Assembly: GCA_046292385.1 (NCBI GenBank)
Contig: JBKBRF010000003.1
Coordinates: 1 to 64,000 of the forward strand
Reading direction: 5' to 3'
DNA: 64,000 nucleotides
From: Armatimonadota bacterium
Lineage (GTDB): Bacteria; Armatimonadota; SYMT01
How positions within the stretch are numbered: position 1 is the first letter of the stretch; each line of letters opens with the position of its first letter. Below, one piece after another: positions 55,264-64,000 of the stretch. A program made the position numbers and the translations under genes. The notes under the pieces are model-generated. The model had not been told where the DNA came from. It saw nothing but the letters and a program-made list of their open reading frames with translations, and did not search any database.

Positions 55264-57021
55264 ATGACTCGATGCACTTACGTGGAGCCGCGGCTCCGGG
55301 CGCTGGCGGACGGCGAGCTGGCCGTAGAAGAGCAGCGAAAGGTGGTCTCCCACCTGCACCGCTGCGACTCCTGCCGGCAGGACTACGCCCGCATCCAGGC
55401 GGTCTCTGCCCTGCTGCAGGAGCAGCCGGTGGAGGAGACGCCGGCGCACTTCACCGCGGATCTGCAGGTGCGCCTGGCGCGGCACCGCCGCGAGCGGGTC
55501 GAGGCGGGGCTGCGGCGCCCGCGGCTCCGGGTTCCGGAAGAGTGGCTGCCCTGGAACTGGGCGCCGCGCTGGCGGACCGCCTCCGTGGCGATGACCGCCA
55601 CCGTTACCGCGGCGCTCTGCGTCTTTGCGTGGACCGGCAGCATCCGGGCGGAAGAGGTGGCGCGGCGCGCGCAGCAGTCGTGGACGCAGATCCACAACTA
55701 CGGCTGCGTCTTCGTGAGCCGCGGCGTCTACCGGGGTCAGGAGCGGGTCTTCGAGCAGCGGCAGTTCTACCGCAAGCCGGGCGAGTTCCGGCTGGAGACG
55801 GACCAGGACTATCCGCTCACCACCTTCGTGCGGCGGGGCGAGATGATCCACTACCTCCCCGGCGGCCGCTGGGAAGGGAAAGGCCCGCTGGTGATCGTGC
55901 GGCCGCTCGAGTCGCCGGAGCAGGGGCTGCCGTTCCCGTTCGGCGTCACCTGGCACAACGGCGGCAACGTGAGCCTGGACCAATTGATCCGGCAGCTCGG
56001 CGCGAACGACGACGTGGAGCTCCGCGGTACGGAGCAGGTCGGCGGCTTCCCCTGCTACCGGCTGCAGTTCCACGCGGTGCCCGCTGGCGGGGTGGAGGCG
56101 GACCGATACGACCTCTGGATCGACCAGGAAACGTTCCTGCCGCGGCGGGTCGACTGGTACCGAGACGAGCAGAACCACATCTCCACCGAAGCGCGCGACC
56201 TGCAGGTGAACTACGAGGTGCTGCCGACCGAGACGTTCGACTTCCGCATTCCGGAAGGCGCTTGCGTGGTGCGCGGCGACGTCGATCCCCACGTGCTGGC
56301 GCTGCCGCTGCGCCGGAGCGCCCCCGCCTCGCTGGGTAACGACCCGCTGGCGGTGGCGGAGTACGAAGGCTGGGCCCGCGCCCGGAACGTCCAGTTCCCG
56401 GTCGCTGCGCCGACCTGGCTGCCGGACGGCTTCCGGATGGTCCGCACCCGCGCCAAGCGCGGCGGGTGGGTCGACATGCACTGGCTCCGCCCGGGTAAAG
56501 ACGGCGCCATGGAAGCGGTGAAGCTGGTGCAGCAGGACGGCGAGACGCCCGCCATCGACACGGTGCGGGACGGTGCGCGGGTGGAGCTCGGCGACGCGGA
56601 GCGGCCGGTCATCGGCGCCATGACGCACCGGACGAAGCCGTACCGGCACACCTATCTCTCCTGGCGGCAGGGCGGCACCCGGTTCACGCTCTTCGCGGCG
56701 GAGCTGGAGACGCCGGAGGTGCTGCGGATCGCCCGCTCCCTGCGGCCGGCGCAGCCGCCGGTGCCGACCGTCACGATCGTGCGCGGCAATCCGGACGAGC
56801 TCCTGGAACGCGGCGAGCCAAGTGTCCTGCCCTCCGGCATGGAGACGGAGCTGGCCCCCTCCGTGGAGGCGGCGCTCCCGGGCGAGCCCCAGCTCGACGT
56901 AAACGCGCTGCAGCAGCCGCCGATGATGCCGGAGATCCCGGTGGACGACGGCGTCGCCTTCGCTCCGGCTCCACCGGCTGAGGCAAATCGCAAGCCGACC
57001 CCCGAGCCGGCGGCGCGCTAG
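55264..57021 (+). CDS. Zinc-binding anti-sigma factor with TM and LolA/RseB-like extracytoplasmic domain
   Basis: HLHRCDSC (HxxxCxxC); TM; LWIDQETFLP..ETFDFRIPEGA; PTWLPDGF. Confidence 0.85.
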   Translation: MTRCTYVEPRLRALADGELAVEEQRKVVSHLHRCDSCRQDYARIQAVSALLQEQPVEETPAHFTADLQVRLARHRRERVEAGLRRPRLRVPEEWLPWNWAPRWRTASVAMTATVTAALCVFAWTGSIRAEEVARRAQQSWTQIHNYGCVFVSRGVYRGQERVFEQRQFYRKPGEFRLETDQDYPLTTFVRRGEMIHYLPGGRWEGKGPLVIVRPLESPEQGLPFPFGVTWHNGGNVSLDQLIRQLGANDDVELRGTEQVGGFPCYRLQFHAVPAGGVEADRYDLWIDQETFLPRRVDWYRDEQNHISTEARDLQVNYEVLPTETFDFRIPEGACVVRGDVDPHVLALPLRRSAPASLGNDPLAVAEYEGWARARNVQFPVAAPTWLPDGFRMVRTRAKRGGWVDMHWLRPGKDGAMEAVKLVQQDGETPAIDTVRDGARVELGDAERPVIGAMTHRTKPYRHTYLSWRQGGTRFTLFAAELETPEVLRIARSLRPAQPPVPTVTIVRGNPDELLERGEPSVLPSGMETELAPSVEAALPGEPQLDVNALQQPPMMPEIPVDDGVAFAPAPPAEANRKPTPEPAAR

Positions 57022-57079
57022 CCTGCCAGACCTGCTGGGGATAGGGCCTCGCGTGGGAACACCGTTCCCGTGCGAGGCC

Positions 57080-57301
57080 CTATTTGTTTCGGTTGGCAAC
57101 CGGAATCACCAGCTTGAGTCCGGAGAGCCCGCCGTACCGGGTGGTGGTCCAGCGGCCGGACCAGTTGGCGTCGAAGAACGTCGCCGGGATGTTGTGGCGG
57201 AACCAGGCGTAGTCGGCCAGGCCCGCCGCCGCCCAGAGCAGCAGCCCGGTCGGGAAGAGCCACAGGAGCCGGGGAGCCCACCCACGCAGCCGTCGGAGCA
57301 T
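57080..57301 (-). pseudogene. Probable truncated membrane or secreted protein fragment
   Basis: GGAGG RBS, TM segment, short 73-aa ORF ending in atypical sequence. Confidence 0.35.
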
Positions 57302-57552
57302 CGGACCACCTCCCCCCGCCGCGGCGGCGGAGCCTTTCTCCCAGGAATGCGCCGGAGATGGGACCGGGTGGAAGGGAGAGGAAACCCATTGGCCTCACTT
57401 GGGGTTGTGTTGGGGGAGGACCCCTGTGTGGGAAAAGGAACCTGGGAGGATTGGGCGCTCCCGATCCGCCCGGCAAGCGATAAAAATTGCGGCGCCCGCT
57501 CCGGACGACGAGAGGCAGTCTTGCCGGATCAGCCCAGGTAGGATCTCGCGCC

Positions 57553-57616
57553 GAGCGCGCTCTTAAATCGAGCGGAAACGAGCGCGCTCGTTTCGTAATC
57601 GAGCGCGCTCGATTAC
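57553..57616. repeat. Three tandem GAGCGCGCTC-centred palindromes
   Basis: 57553-57562; GAAACGAGCGCGCTCGTTTC at 57575-57594; GTAATCGAGCGCGCTCGATTAC at 57595-57616. Confidence 0.85.
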
Positions 57617-57622
57617 GTCGAA

Positions 57623-58633
57623 TCACTCTCCGGATTTCGGGAGGAACTCCGTGGTGAAGGCGCTGGCGGGGGTGACCTGGCCGGCTTTGAGCTGGCCGAT
57701 CTCCTGGAGCTGCTGCGCGAGGGTCTCCCACCGCTCGCGCGACATGTGGCCGATCCCCTCCTGCTTCGCGGTCTCGTCGCGGACGAGCGGCTCCATGTCG
57801 CGGGCGCCGAGCTCCAGCAGGTCGAGCTCCATCTCCGGGTTCAGCTCGTGGATGCGGCGGTTCGTCTCCTCGGGGGCTTCCAGGTACTTCTCCCAGCCGC
57901 GGACGGAGGCCTCGACCATCTTCCGCACCGTCTCCGGATCGCTCTGGATCCGCTCCTCGTGGGTCACCAGGAGGCTGGTGTACGGGTTGAAGCCGACCTC
58001 CGCCACGCTGAGCGGGTAGGGGTCGCCGCCCTTCTTCCGCGCCACGTGCGGCTCGCTGAAGATGTAGCCCTGCTGGGCGTAGTCCGGATCGACCAGGAAC
58101 TGCGCCACGTTCCCCGTGTAGGGGACGATTTGCACCCCCTCGAACGGGTAGCGCTTCCGGAGATACTGGGCGAAGGCGCCGGTGTCGGACATCGCCAGCT
58201 TCACGTTCTTGAGCTGCTCGAAGCTGCGGATGCCCGACTTCTCGTGCACCATAATGATCCGCGGGCTCACCTGCAGCGCCGCCATCACCGCCACCACCGG
58301 CGCGTCCTCCGCGCGGCCGAAGAGGACGTTGTCCGCGTTCGCCACGCAGAAGTCGACCCGCCTGGCCGCCGTCTGCTGGATCATCGGTACGTTCGGCCCG
58401 CCGGGGCGGATCTCCACGTCCAGGCCCGCCTCCCGGTAGAACCCGTGCACCAGCGCGGCGAAGAAGCCGCCGTGCTCCGCCTCCGGGAACCAGTTGAGGA
58501 GCAGGCTGACCTTCTTCAGGCCGTCCCCGCCGCCTTCACCTGGGCTGGAGCTGCCGGTGCAGCCGGCCAGGCCGGCGAGGGGCGCGAGCGCGAGGGCGAG
58601 GCCGGTGTGGAGGAGCGAGCGGCGGGATGCCAT
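57623..58633 (-). CDS. ABC substrate-binding lipoprotein, NMT1/THI5 (ThiY-like) family
   Basis: SRRSLL..LAGC; LNWFPEAEHGGFFAA..GFY.EAGLDVEI.PGG. Confidence 0.88.
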   Translation of the reverse strand: MASRRSLLHTGLALALAPLAGLAGCTGSSSPGEGGGDGLKKVSLLLNWFPEAEHGGFFAALVHGFYREAGLDVEIRPGGPNVPMIQQTAARRVDFCVANADNVLFGRAEDAPVVAVMAALQVSPRIIMVHEKSGIRSFEQLKNVKLAMSDTGAFAQYLRKRYPFEGVQIVPYTGNVAQFLVDPDYAQQGYIFSEPHVARKKGGDPYPLSVAEVGFNPYTSLLVTHEERIQSDPETVRKMVEASVRGWEKYLEAPEETNRRIHELNPEMELDLLELGARDMEPLVRDETAKQEGIGHMSRERWETLAQQLQEIGQLKAGQVTPASAFTTEFLPKSGE

Positions 58634-58761
58634 GACAGGTCCTTCGGGGGAGCGGAGGTCGAGGGCCGGAGCGACGTTCGCCCCAACCGAGCAGGCTCCC
58701 TCACGATAGGCTATCGCACCGGGACTTTCACCCGGTCACCCCGAACCCGGCTCCCCGCCGG

Positions 58762-58962
58762 CTAGCGGACCGCCATGAGCGAGTAGTCGTGCTCGGACTT
58801 CTCCAGGTACTCTAGGATCTGGCCCAGCTCGGCCGGGTCGTCGAGCTGGTGGGCCCAGCTCGGCACGCGGGTCCACTTCAGCTCGCCGTTCTCGTCTTTG
58901 CCCTGGTAGAACTCGCCGCTATCCAGCTTGATGACGTACCGGTCGTTATTGTCAGCGCTCAT
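58762..58962 (-). CDS. Hypothetical protein
   Basis: 66-aa ORF with strong host codon usage. Confidence 0.6.
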   Translation of the reverse strand: MSADNNDRYVIKLDSGEFYQGKDENGELKWTRVPSWAHQLDDPAELGQILEYLEKSEHDYSLMAVR

Positions 58963-59182
58963 CCGGTTGCTCCGGGTCCGTTCCGGGCCGTTTCAGCCCC
59001 TTCTCCAGTCGAGACAGCAGATCGTCGAGGTCCCGCTGCACGTCCGGCGGCACCTCCCGGCGGGCCGGGGCCGGGCGCCGCGGCGGCGCGCTGCTGCCCA
59101 GCTCTCGCCGCAGGAGCTCGCCGAACTCGTCCGGCGTCACCTCCGGCCCCTCGGGATTCTCTGGTTCTGCCACGAGAACCAT
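58952..59182 (-). CDS. Hypothetical protein
   Basis: Overlaps the start of the downstream small gene; start uncertain. Confidence 0.45.
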   Translation of the reverse strand: MVLVAEPENPEGPEVTPDEFGELLRRELGSSAPPRRPAPARREVPPDVQRDLDDLLSRLEKGLKRPGTDPEQPDER

Positions 59183-59288
59183 TCTACCGAACGTCGCCAC
59201 GCTCCGCCGTCCGGCTGCGTGCCCCCGGAGTGCCGTCGGGAGATATAAGCCGGGAAGTGTTGGGCGAAGATCGAGGGGGAGGGATGAG

Positions 59289-59492
59289 ATGCCGTACGTG
59301 AACGTGAAGATCACCCGGGACGGGGTGACGGCGGAGCAGAAGGCGCAGATCGTGGCGGAGATCACGCAGACGCTGCAGCGGGTGCTCGGGAAGCGACCGG
59401 AGCATACCCACGTCGTGATCGACGAGGTGGACCCGGAGAACTGGGGCTACGCGGGGATGCTCACGACGGAGTACCGCAAGCAGCAGGGCTGA
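59289..59492 (+). CDS. 4-oxalocrotonate tautomerase family protein
   Basis: Catalytic Pro1 (MPYVNVKI), TAEQKAQI, VVIDEVDPENWG. Confidence 0.92.
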   Translation: MPYVNVKITRDGVTAEQKAQIVAEITQTLQRVLGKRPEHTHVVIDEVDPENWGYAGMLTTEYRKQQG

Positions 59493-59561
59493 TCGCGTCC
59501 CCGCGGGACGTAGGACTCTCTCCCGGGCCGGGAGAAGTGGCGACCGGAGGAAGCGGTCGCC

Positions 59562-61559
59562 ATGCAGGAGAGACCCGGTTCGGAGCAGGGCTACGCGGTG
59601 GGGCTGCGGAGCTGGATCGACGCGACGGCGCGGCGGCTGCGCGCGGGGCAGAATCCGCCCGCCACCCGCGCGGAGGCGCTCCGCCTCGCCTCTCGGGTGC
59701 GGGAGCAGATGCGCCGCGCGGAGGGGGAGTGGCCGCGGGAGAAGGCGCCGCTGCGGCCGGAGCTCCTCGGCACGCTGGAGCGGAACGGCTATCGCATCGA
59801 GAAGCTGATCTTCCAGACGCGTCCCGGCTGCTGCGCGACCGCGCACGCCTACGTGCCGGCGGGGCGCGGCCCCTTCCCCGCCGTGCTCTGCGTCCACGGC
59901 CACTGGCAGGGCGCGCGGCGCGACCCCACGCCGCAGGCCCGGTGCATTGGGCTGGCGAAACTCGGCTTTTTCGTGCTCACGCTCGACGCCTGGGGCGCCG
60001 GGGAGCGCGGCACCGAGCCCGGCGTGAACGAGTACCACGGCGGCCTCCTCGGCGCCAGCCTCTGGCCGGTCAGCACGCCGCTCCACGGGCTGCAGCTCTA
60101 CGACAACGTTCGCGCGCTCGACTACCTGGAGTCGCGTCCGGAGGTCGACCGGCGCCGGATTGGCTGCACCGGCGCCAGCGGCGGCGGGAACCAGACGACC
60201 TACCTGAGCGCGTTCGACCCGCGAGTCCGCTGCGCCGTGCCGGTCTGCAGCGTCGGCACCTTTGAGAGCTACCTGCGTGCCGCCTGCTGCGTGGACGAAG
60301 TGCTCCGCGGCGGCCTCACCTTCGCGGAAGAGGGCGACCTGCTGGGGATGGTGGCCCCCCGCGCGCTGATGGTGATCACCGCCAGCAAAGACGTCTACCA
60401 CTTCGGCCCGGAGGCGGCCCGTACGGCGCTGGACCGCGCGCGGCCCGCGTTTGCGGCGCACGAGGCGTCCGACCGGGTGCGGCACGTGGTAGTCGACTCC
60501 GGTCACGACTACAACCAGCCGATGCGGGAAGCGATGTACGGCTGGATGAAGCGGTGGCTGGCGGACGAGGGAGACGGCTCCCCGGTGCCGGAGCCGCCGG
60601 TGCAGCCGGAAGATCCGGAGACGCTCCGCTGCTTCCCGCCCTCCGCCCGTCCGGAGCGGGTGATGACGACGGTCCGCTTCGTCCGCCAGCGCGCGGAGGC
60701 GCTCGCCGCCGCGGTGCCGCAGCCGAAGCGCGCCGCCGACTGGCCCCGCGAGCGCGACCGCCGCTTGACGCGCCTGCGGGAGATCCTGGCGCTGCCGGGG
60801 CCGAAGGAGTCCGAGTGGAGCCGCGATGGCCGCGCCCTGCTCGCGGAGCCGGGTCTCCCGATCCCCGTGGAGCGCCGGGCGGGGCGGGCGGGGACGGTGC
60901 TGCTGCTGCACCCGGGCGGGCGCGCCAGGGCGGTGGTGAGCGAGCTGGCGAAAGCGGTGGCGGGCGGCGGCGCGGCGCTGGCGGTGCCGGAGCTGCGCGG
61001 CTGCGGCGAGTTGACGCTCCCCGGCCAGGCGCTGGGAGAGGCGATCCCGGACCACAACCTGGTGGAGTGGTCGCTCTGGATCGGCCGCCCGCTGCTCGGG
61101 CAGTGGGTCCACGATACGCTCCAGCTCGCGCGGCGGCTGCGGGGAGAGAGCCCGCAGGGGCGGCTGGCGCTGGTCGGCTGGGGAGAAGCGGGGCTGGCGG
61201 CGCTCCTGGCGGCGGCGCTCGACCCGGAGATCGCCGGGGTGGCAGCGATCGAGGCGCCGGCTACGTACGTCACCGACCGGCCGCCCCATGCAGTGCGGAT
61301 GGTCGCCTTCCAGCCGGACCTGCTGCAGGTCGGCGACATCCCCCACCTGGCGGCGCTCGCCGCGCCGCGGCCGGTGCTGCTGGCGAACCCGATGCGGCTC
61401 TACGGCGCCCCCGTGATGCCGGCAGAGCTGGAGAGTCTCTTCGCCTGGCCGCGGGAGCTGTGGGGAAAGCTCGGAGCGGCGGACCGCTTCACCGCGAAGA
61501 CCGGGCTCGGAAGCGAGGCTCTCGCGCGACAGGTCGCCGGCTGGCTCAGGGTAGAATGA
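59562..61559 (+). CDS. Two-domain alpha/beta hydrolase (acetyl xylan esterase-like)
   Basis: PAVLCVHGH, RALDYL..RPEVD..RIGCTGASGGG, GHDY; second domain lacks the nucleophile Ser (GWGEAG). Confidence 0.85.
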   Translation: MQERPGSEQGYAVGLRSWIDATARRLRAGQNPPATRAEALRLASRVREQMRRAEGEWPREKAPLRPELLGTLERNGYRIEKLIFQTRPGCCATAHAYVPAGRGPFPAVLCVHGHWQGARRDPTPQARCIGLAKLGFFVLTLDAWGAGERGTEPGVNEYHGGLLGASLWPVSTPLHGLQLYDNVRALDYLESRPEVDRRRIGCTGASGGGNQTTYLSAFDPRVRCAVPVCSVGTFESYLRAACCVDEVLRGGLTFAEEGDLLGMVAPRALMVITASKDVYHFGPEAARTALDRARPAFAAHEASDRVRHVVVDSGHDYNQPMREAMYGWMKRWLADEGDGSPVPEPPVQPEDPETLRCFPPSARPERVMTTVRFVRQRAEALAAAVPQPKRAADWPRERDRRLTRLREILALPGPKESEWSRDGRALLAEPGLPIPVERRAGRAGTVLLLHPGGRARAVVSELAKAVAGGGAALAVPELRGCGELTLPGQALGEAIPDHNLVEWSLWIGRPLLGQWVHDTLQLARRLRGESPQGRLALVGWGEAGLAALLAAALDPEIAGVAAIEAPATYVTDRPPHAVRMVAFQPDLLQVGDIPHLAALAAPRPVLLANPMRLYGAPVMPAELESLFAWPRELWGKLGAADRFTAKTGLGSEALARQVAGWLRVE

Positions 61560-61765
61560 GAGACTGCCCAGAGAGATCTGATTGGCTGCATCCGGCTGCG
61601 AGACGACCATGCGTCGTCCGGAGGGGCGGGGCGACCATGCTTCGAGGTCGCCCCGCCCCTCCCTCCTAGCCTGCTCGCCTCTCGCTCGGCTTCGCCCTAA
61701 CCAGATCTCTCCGGACAGCCTCCAAGCGACACCTCTTCCCATCGCACCTGTCGGGCCGCCCACGC

Positions 61766-62509
61766 ATGCTGACGATCGAGAACCTGTTCAAGTCGTACGG
61801 CGGGGGCGTGCCGGCGGTGCGGGACGTCAGCTTCCGGGTGGAAGGCGGCGAGATCCTGGGGCTGCTCGGCCCGAACGGGGCGGGGAAGACGACCACCCTG
61901 CGGTGCGTCGCCACGATCCTGCGGCCGGACCACGGCCGGATCACGATCGCCGGGCACGACCTGGCGGCGGAGCCGGAGGCGGCGAAGCGGGAGCTGGCGT
62001 TCATCCCGGAGCTGCCGCACCCGTACGAGATGCTGACGGTGCTGGAGCACCTTCGCTTCGTCGCCGCGGCGTTCGACGCAGAGGAGTGCCTGGAAGACGC
62101 CGAGCCGCTGCTGCGGCGCCTCGATCTCTGGGAGAAGCGGTTCGACCTCGCCGCCTCCCTCTCCAAGGGGATGCGCCAGAAGCTCGCCTGCGCGTGCGCC
62201 TTCATTCACCGCCCGAAGGTCTACCTCTTCGACGAGCCGCTGATCGGCATCGACCCGAAGGGCGCGCGGGAGCTGAAGAACCTGCTGCTGGAGCGGCGGG
62301 CCGCTGGCGACGCGGTCCTCGTCTCCACGCACCAGCTCGACACGGCGGAGCGGCTCTGCGACCGCGTGGTGATCATGCACCGGGGGCAGGTGCTGGCGGA
62401 GGGCACCCTGGCGGAGCTGCACGCGCGCGCCTCTCTGGGGGCCGGGGCGACGCTGGAAGACGTCTTCCTCCACCTCACCGAAGAGAGCGGCGAGGCGGAG
62501 CAGCCCTGA
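61766..62509 (+). CDS. ABC transporter ATP-binding protein
   Basis: GPNGAGKTT, LSKGMRQK, FDEP, STH. Confidence 0.95.
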   Translation: MLTIENLFKSYGGGVPAVRDVSFRVEGGEILGLLGPNGAGKTTTLRCVATILRPDHGRITIAGHDLAAEPEAAKRELAFIPELPHPYEMLTVLEHLRFVAAAFDAEECLEDAEPLLRRLDLWEKRFDLAASLSKGMRQKLACACAFIHRPKVYLFDEPLIGIDPKGARELKNLLLERRAAGDAVLVSTHQLDTAERLCDRVVIMHRGQVLAEGTLAELHARASLGAGATLEDVFLHLTEESGEAEQP

Positions 62510-64000
62510 TGCGCCCGCTCGCGCTGCTGGCGCTCTGGCAGTTGAAGAACGCGCTGCGCGCGGCGCTCACCGATCCGCGCCGCCTGATCCCGCTGCTGCT
62601 GATCACCTTCGGCATCCTCTCGCAGATCGGCGGGATGTTCCTCGTCACGCTGGTCCGTCCCCCGCGCAACGCCGCGGCGGAGGCGTGGGTGGCGCAGAAC
62701 ATGGACGCGATCTCCGCCGGCCTCTTCTTCATCCTCGTCTTCGCGGCGATCGGGGTGCTGGAAGACGGCCTGAGCGGCGGCTTTCTGGCGTTCTCCCTGG
62801 CAGACATCGACTATCTCTTCCCCGCCCCGATCCCGCCGAAGCTGGTGCTCGCCTACCGGCTGGCGGCGAAGACCGGCGCCGCGTTCTTCCAGGCGGCGTT
62901 CAGTCTCTTCGTGCTGATCTGGCTCACCACCAGCGGCCTCGGGTCGTACGGAGCCGGGTTCGCGGCGATCTTCCTCTCCATCGCGGCGCTCTTCCTCTGC
63001 TTCGCGGGCTACATCAACGTCGCGCTCTTGATGAAGCTGGTGCTCGGCTTCGGCCGTCGGAACACGATCCGCCGGTGGGTCTTCGTGGGGCTGGTCGTCA
63101 TGGCCGCGCTGCTGATCCTGCACTACCGGGAGCACGGGTGGGGCGGTCTGGCGGCGCTCGGGCGGAGCCCGGTCTGGCTGGTGCTCTTCTTCCCGTGCCG
63201 GCTGGCGACGGACGTGCTGCTCGCGCCGCTGCAGGGGCAGCTCGCGGCCGGGTCGGCCGCCTGGCTGGCGCTCTTCTACCTCGTGTCGCTCGGGCTCGTC
63301 TTCAGCCGGAGCGAGCCGTTTTACGAGGCCTCGCTGGAGGGAAGCCAGACCGCCGCCCGCATGCTGCAGGCGGCGCGGGAAGGGAACTGGTCGAGCTTCT
63401 TCGCGCTCGGCACCCGGCGCGGACCGCGGGGCGGCTCCAGCCGCCGCCCCTACGCCTTCCCCCGTTTCGGCCGCGGAGCCGGGGCGCTGCTCTGGGCGCA
63501 CCTGGCGGCGGCGGCGAAGCGCCCGTGGGTCAACTTCATCCTGCCGCTGGCGGGCGGGATCGTCCTGGCGCTAATCGCTCACCGGCTGACGCCGCAGTAC
63601 GCGGGGCTGGTGGTCGGCGCCGGCTCCGCCTACCTCACGCTGGTGACCGCCGCGGGCGGGGTGATCGGCTTCCGCCAGGGTCTGGCGCGCTACGAGCTGG
63701 TGCGGCCGCTCCCGTTCCACGCCCGGCAGGTGGTGCTGGCGGAGGTGGTGCCGCGGACGCTGATCAGCAGCCTCTTCGGCTGGGGCGCGGGGCTCGGGAT
63801 CCTGCTGGTCCGCGCCAGCGACGCGGCGCAGGCGGCGCCGTTCCTCTTCCTCTGCCTGCCGATGCTGCTCCTCTGGCTCAGCCTGGTACAGCTCCTCTGC
63901 GCCCTCTGGTACCCGGACCCGGGCGACCGCCTGCAGCAGGCGCTCTCCGGCCTGATCGGCATCACCCTCACCGGCGCCTGCGTGCTGTTCCTGGTGCCCT
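62509..64000 (+). CDS. ABC exporter permease (partial, runs off the window)
   Basis: TGATG coupling; hand translation MRPLALLALWQLKNALR..FSLADIDYLFPAPI; many TM segments. Confidence 0.8.
   Translation, partial: MRPLALLALWQLKNALRAALTDPRRLIPLLLITFGILSQIGGMFLVTLVRPPRNAAAEAWVAQNMDAISAGLFFILVFAAIGVLEDGLSGGFLAFSLADIDYLFPAPIPPKLVLAYRLAAKTGAAFFQAAFSLFVLIWLTTSGLGSYGAGFAAIFLSIAALFLCFAGYINVALLMKLVLGFGRRNTIRRWVFVGLVVMAALLILHYREHGWGGLAALGRSPVWLVLFFPCRLATDVLLAPLQGQLAAGSAAWLALFYLVSLGLVFSRSEPFYEASLEGSQTAARMLQAAREGNWSSFFALGTRRGPRGGSSRRPYAFPRFGRGAGALLWAHLAAAAKRPWVNFILPLAGGIVLALIAHRLTPQYAGLVVGAGSAYLTLVTAAGGVIGFRQGLARYELVRPLPFHARQVVLAEVVPRTLISSLFGWGAGLGILLVRASDAAQAAPFLFLCLPMLLLWLSLVQLLCALWYPDPGDRLQQALSGLIGITLTGACVLFLVP

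Noticed and set aside
58634..58760. TPP riboswitch upstream of the THI5-like binding protein
   Set aside because: No CUGAGA or ACCUGA..AGGGA core seen on the minus strand

Overview
High-GC bacterial chromosomal window, gene-dense, with about 60 CDS. The gene repertoire (DUF1501, ThuA, FGE-like, tandem SurA/PrsA-like foldases, ankyrin lipoproteins) suggests an Armatimonadota- or Planctomycetota-like organism; this is inference. Housekeeping genes recognised: rpmH-rnpA-yidD-yidC-jag, rsmA, nfo, rbsK, dgoD, an IorAB-like molybdoenzyme and an ECF sigma/anti-sigma pair. No rRNA, tRNA, CRISPR array or intact transposase was found. Intergenic regions hold several families of REP-like palindromes and 7-9-mer short-period repeats. 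Best candidates for novel biology: (1) 293-2726, a coupled operon of a TIGR04222-type membrane protein ending in a 7-Cys/Gly tail, a DUF692 (MNIO) enzyme and a small partner protein, a candidate modification system acting on a membrane protein tail; (2) 35393-37863, an ImmA/IrrE-type metallopeptidase plus HTH repressor divergent from two unknown genes and an apparently inactive tyrosine-recombinase domain, with two LexA-type boxes, an operator palindrome and a coupled uORF; (3) 30813-32298, RNHCP plus a stand-alone CCA-type HD phosphohydrolase behind a leader peptide starting MRVR. Family calls come from motif recognition by eye, not database searches, and many starts were adjusted by hand from RBS context.
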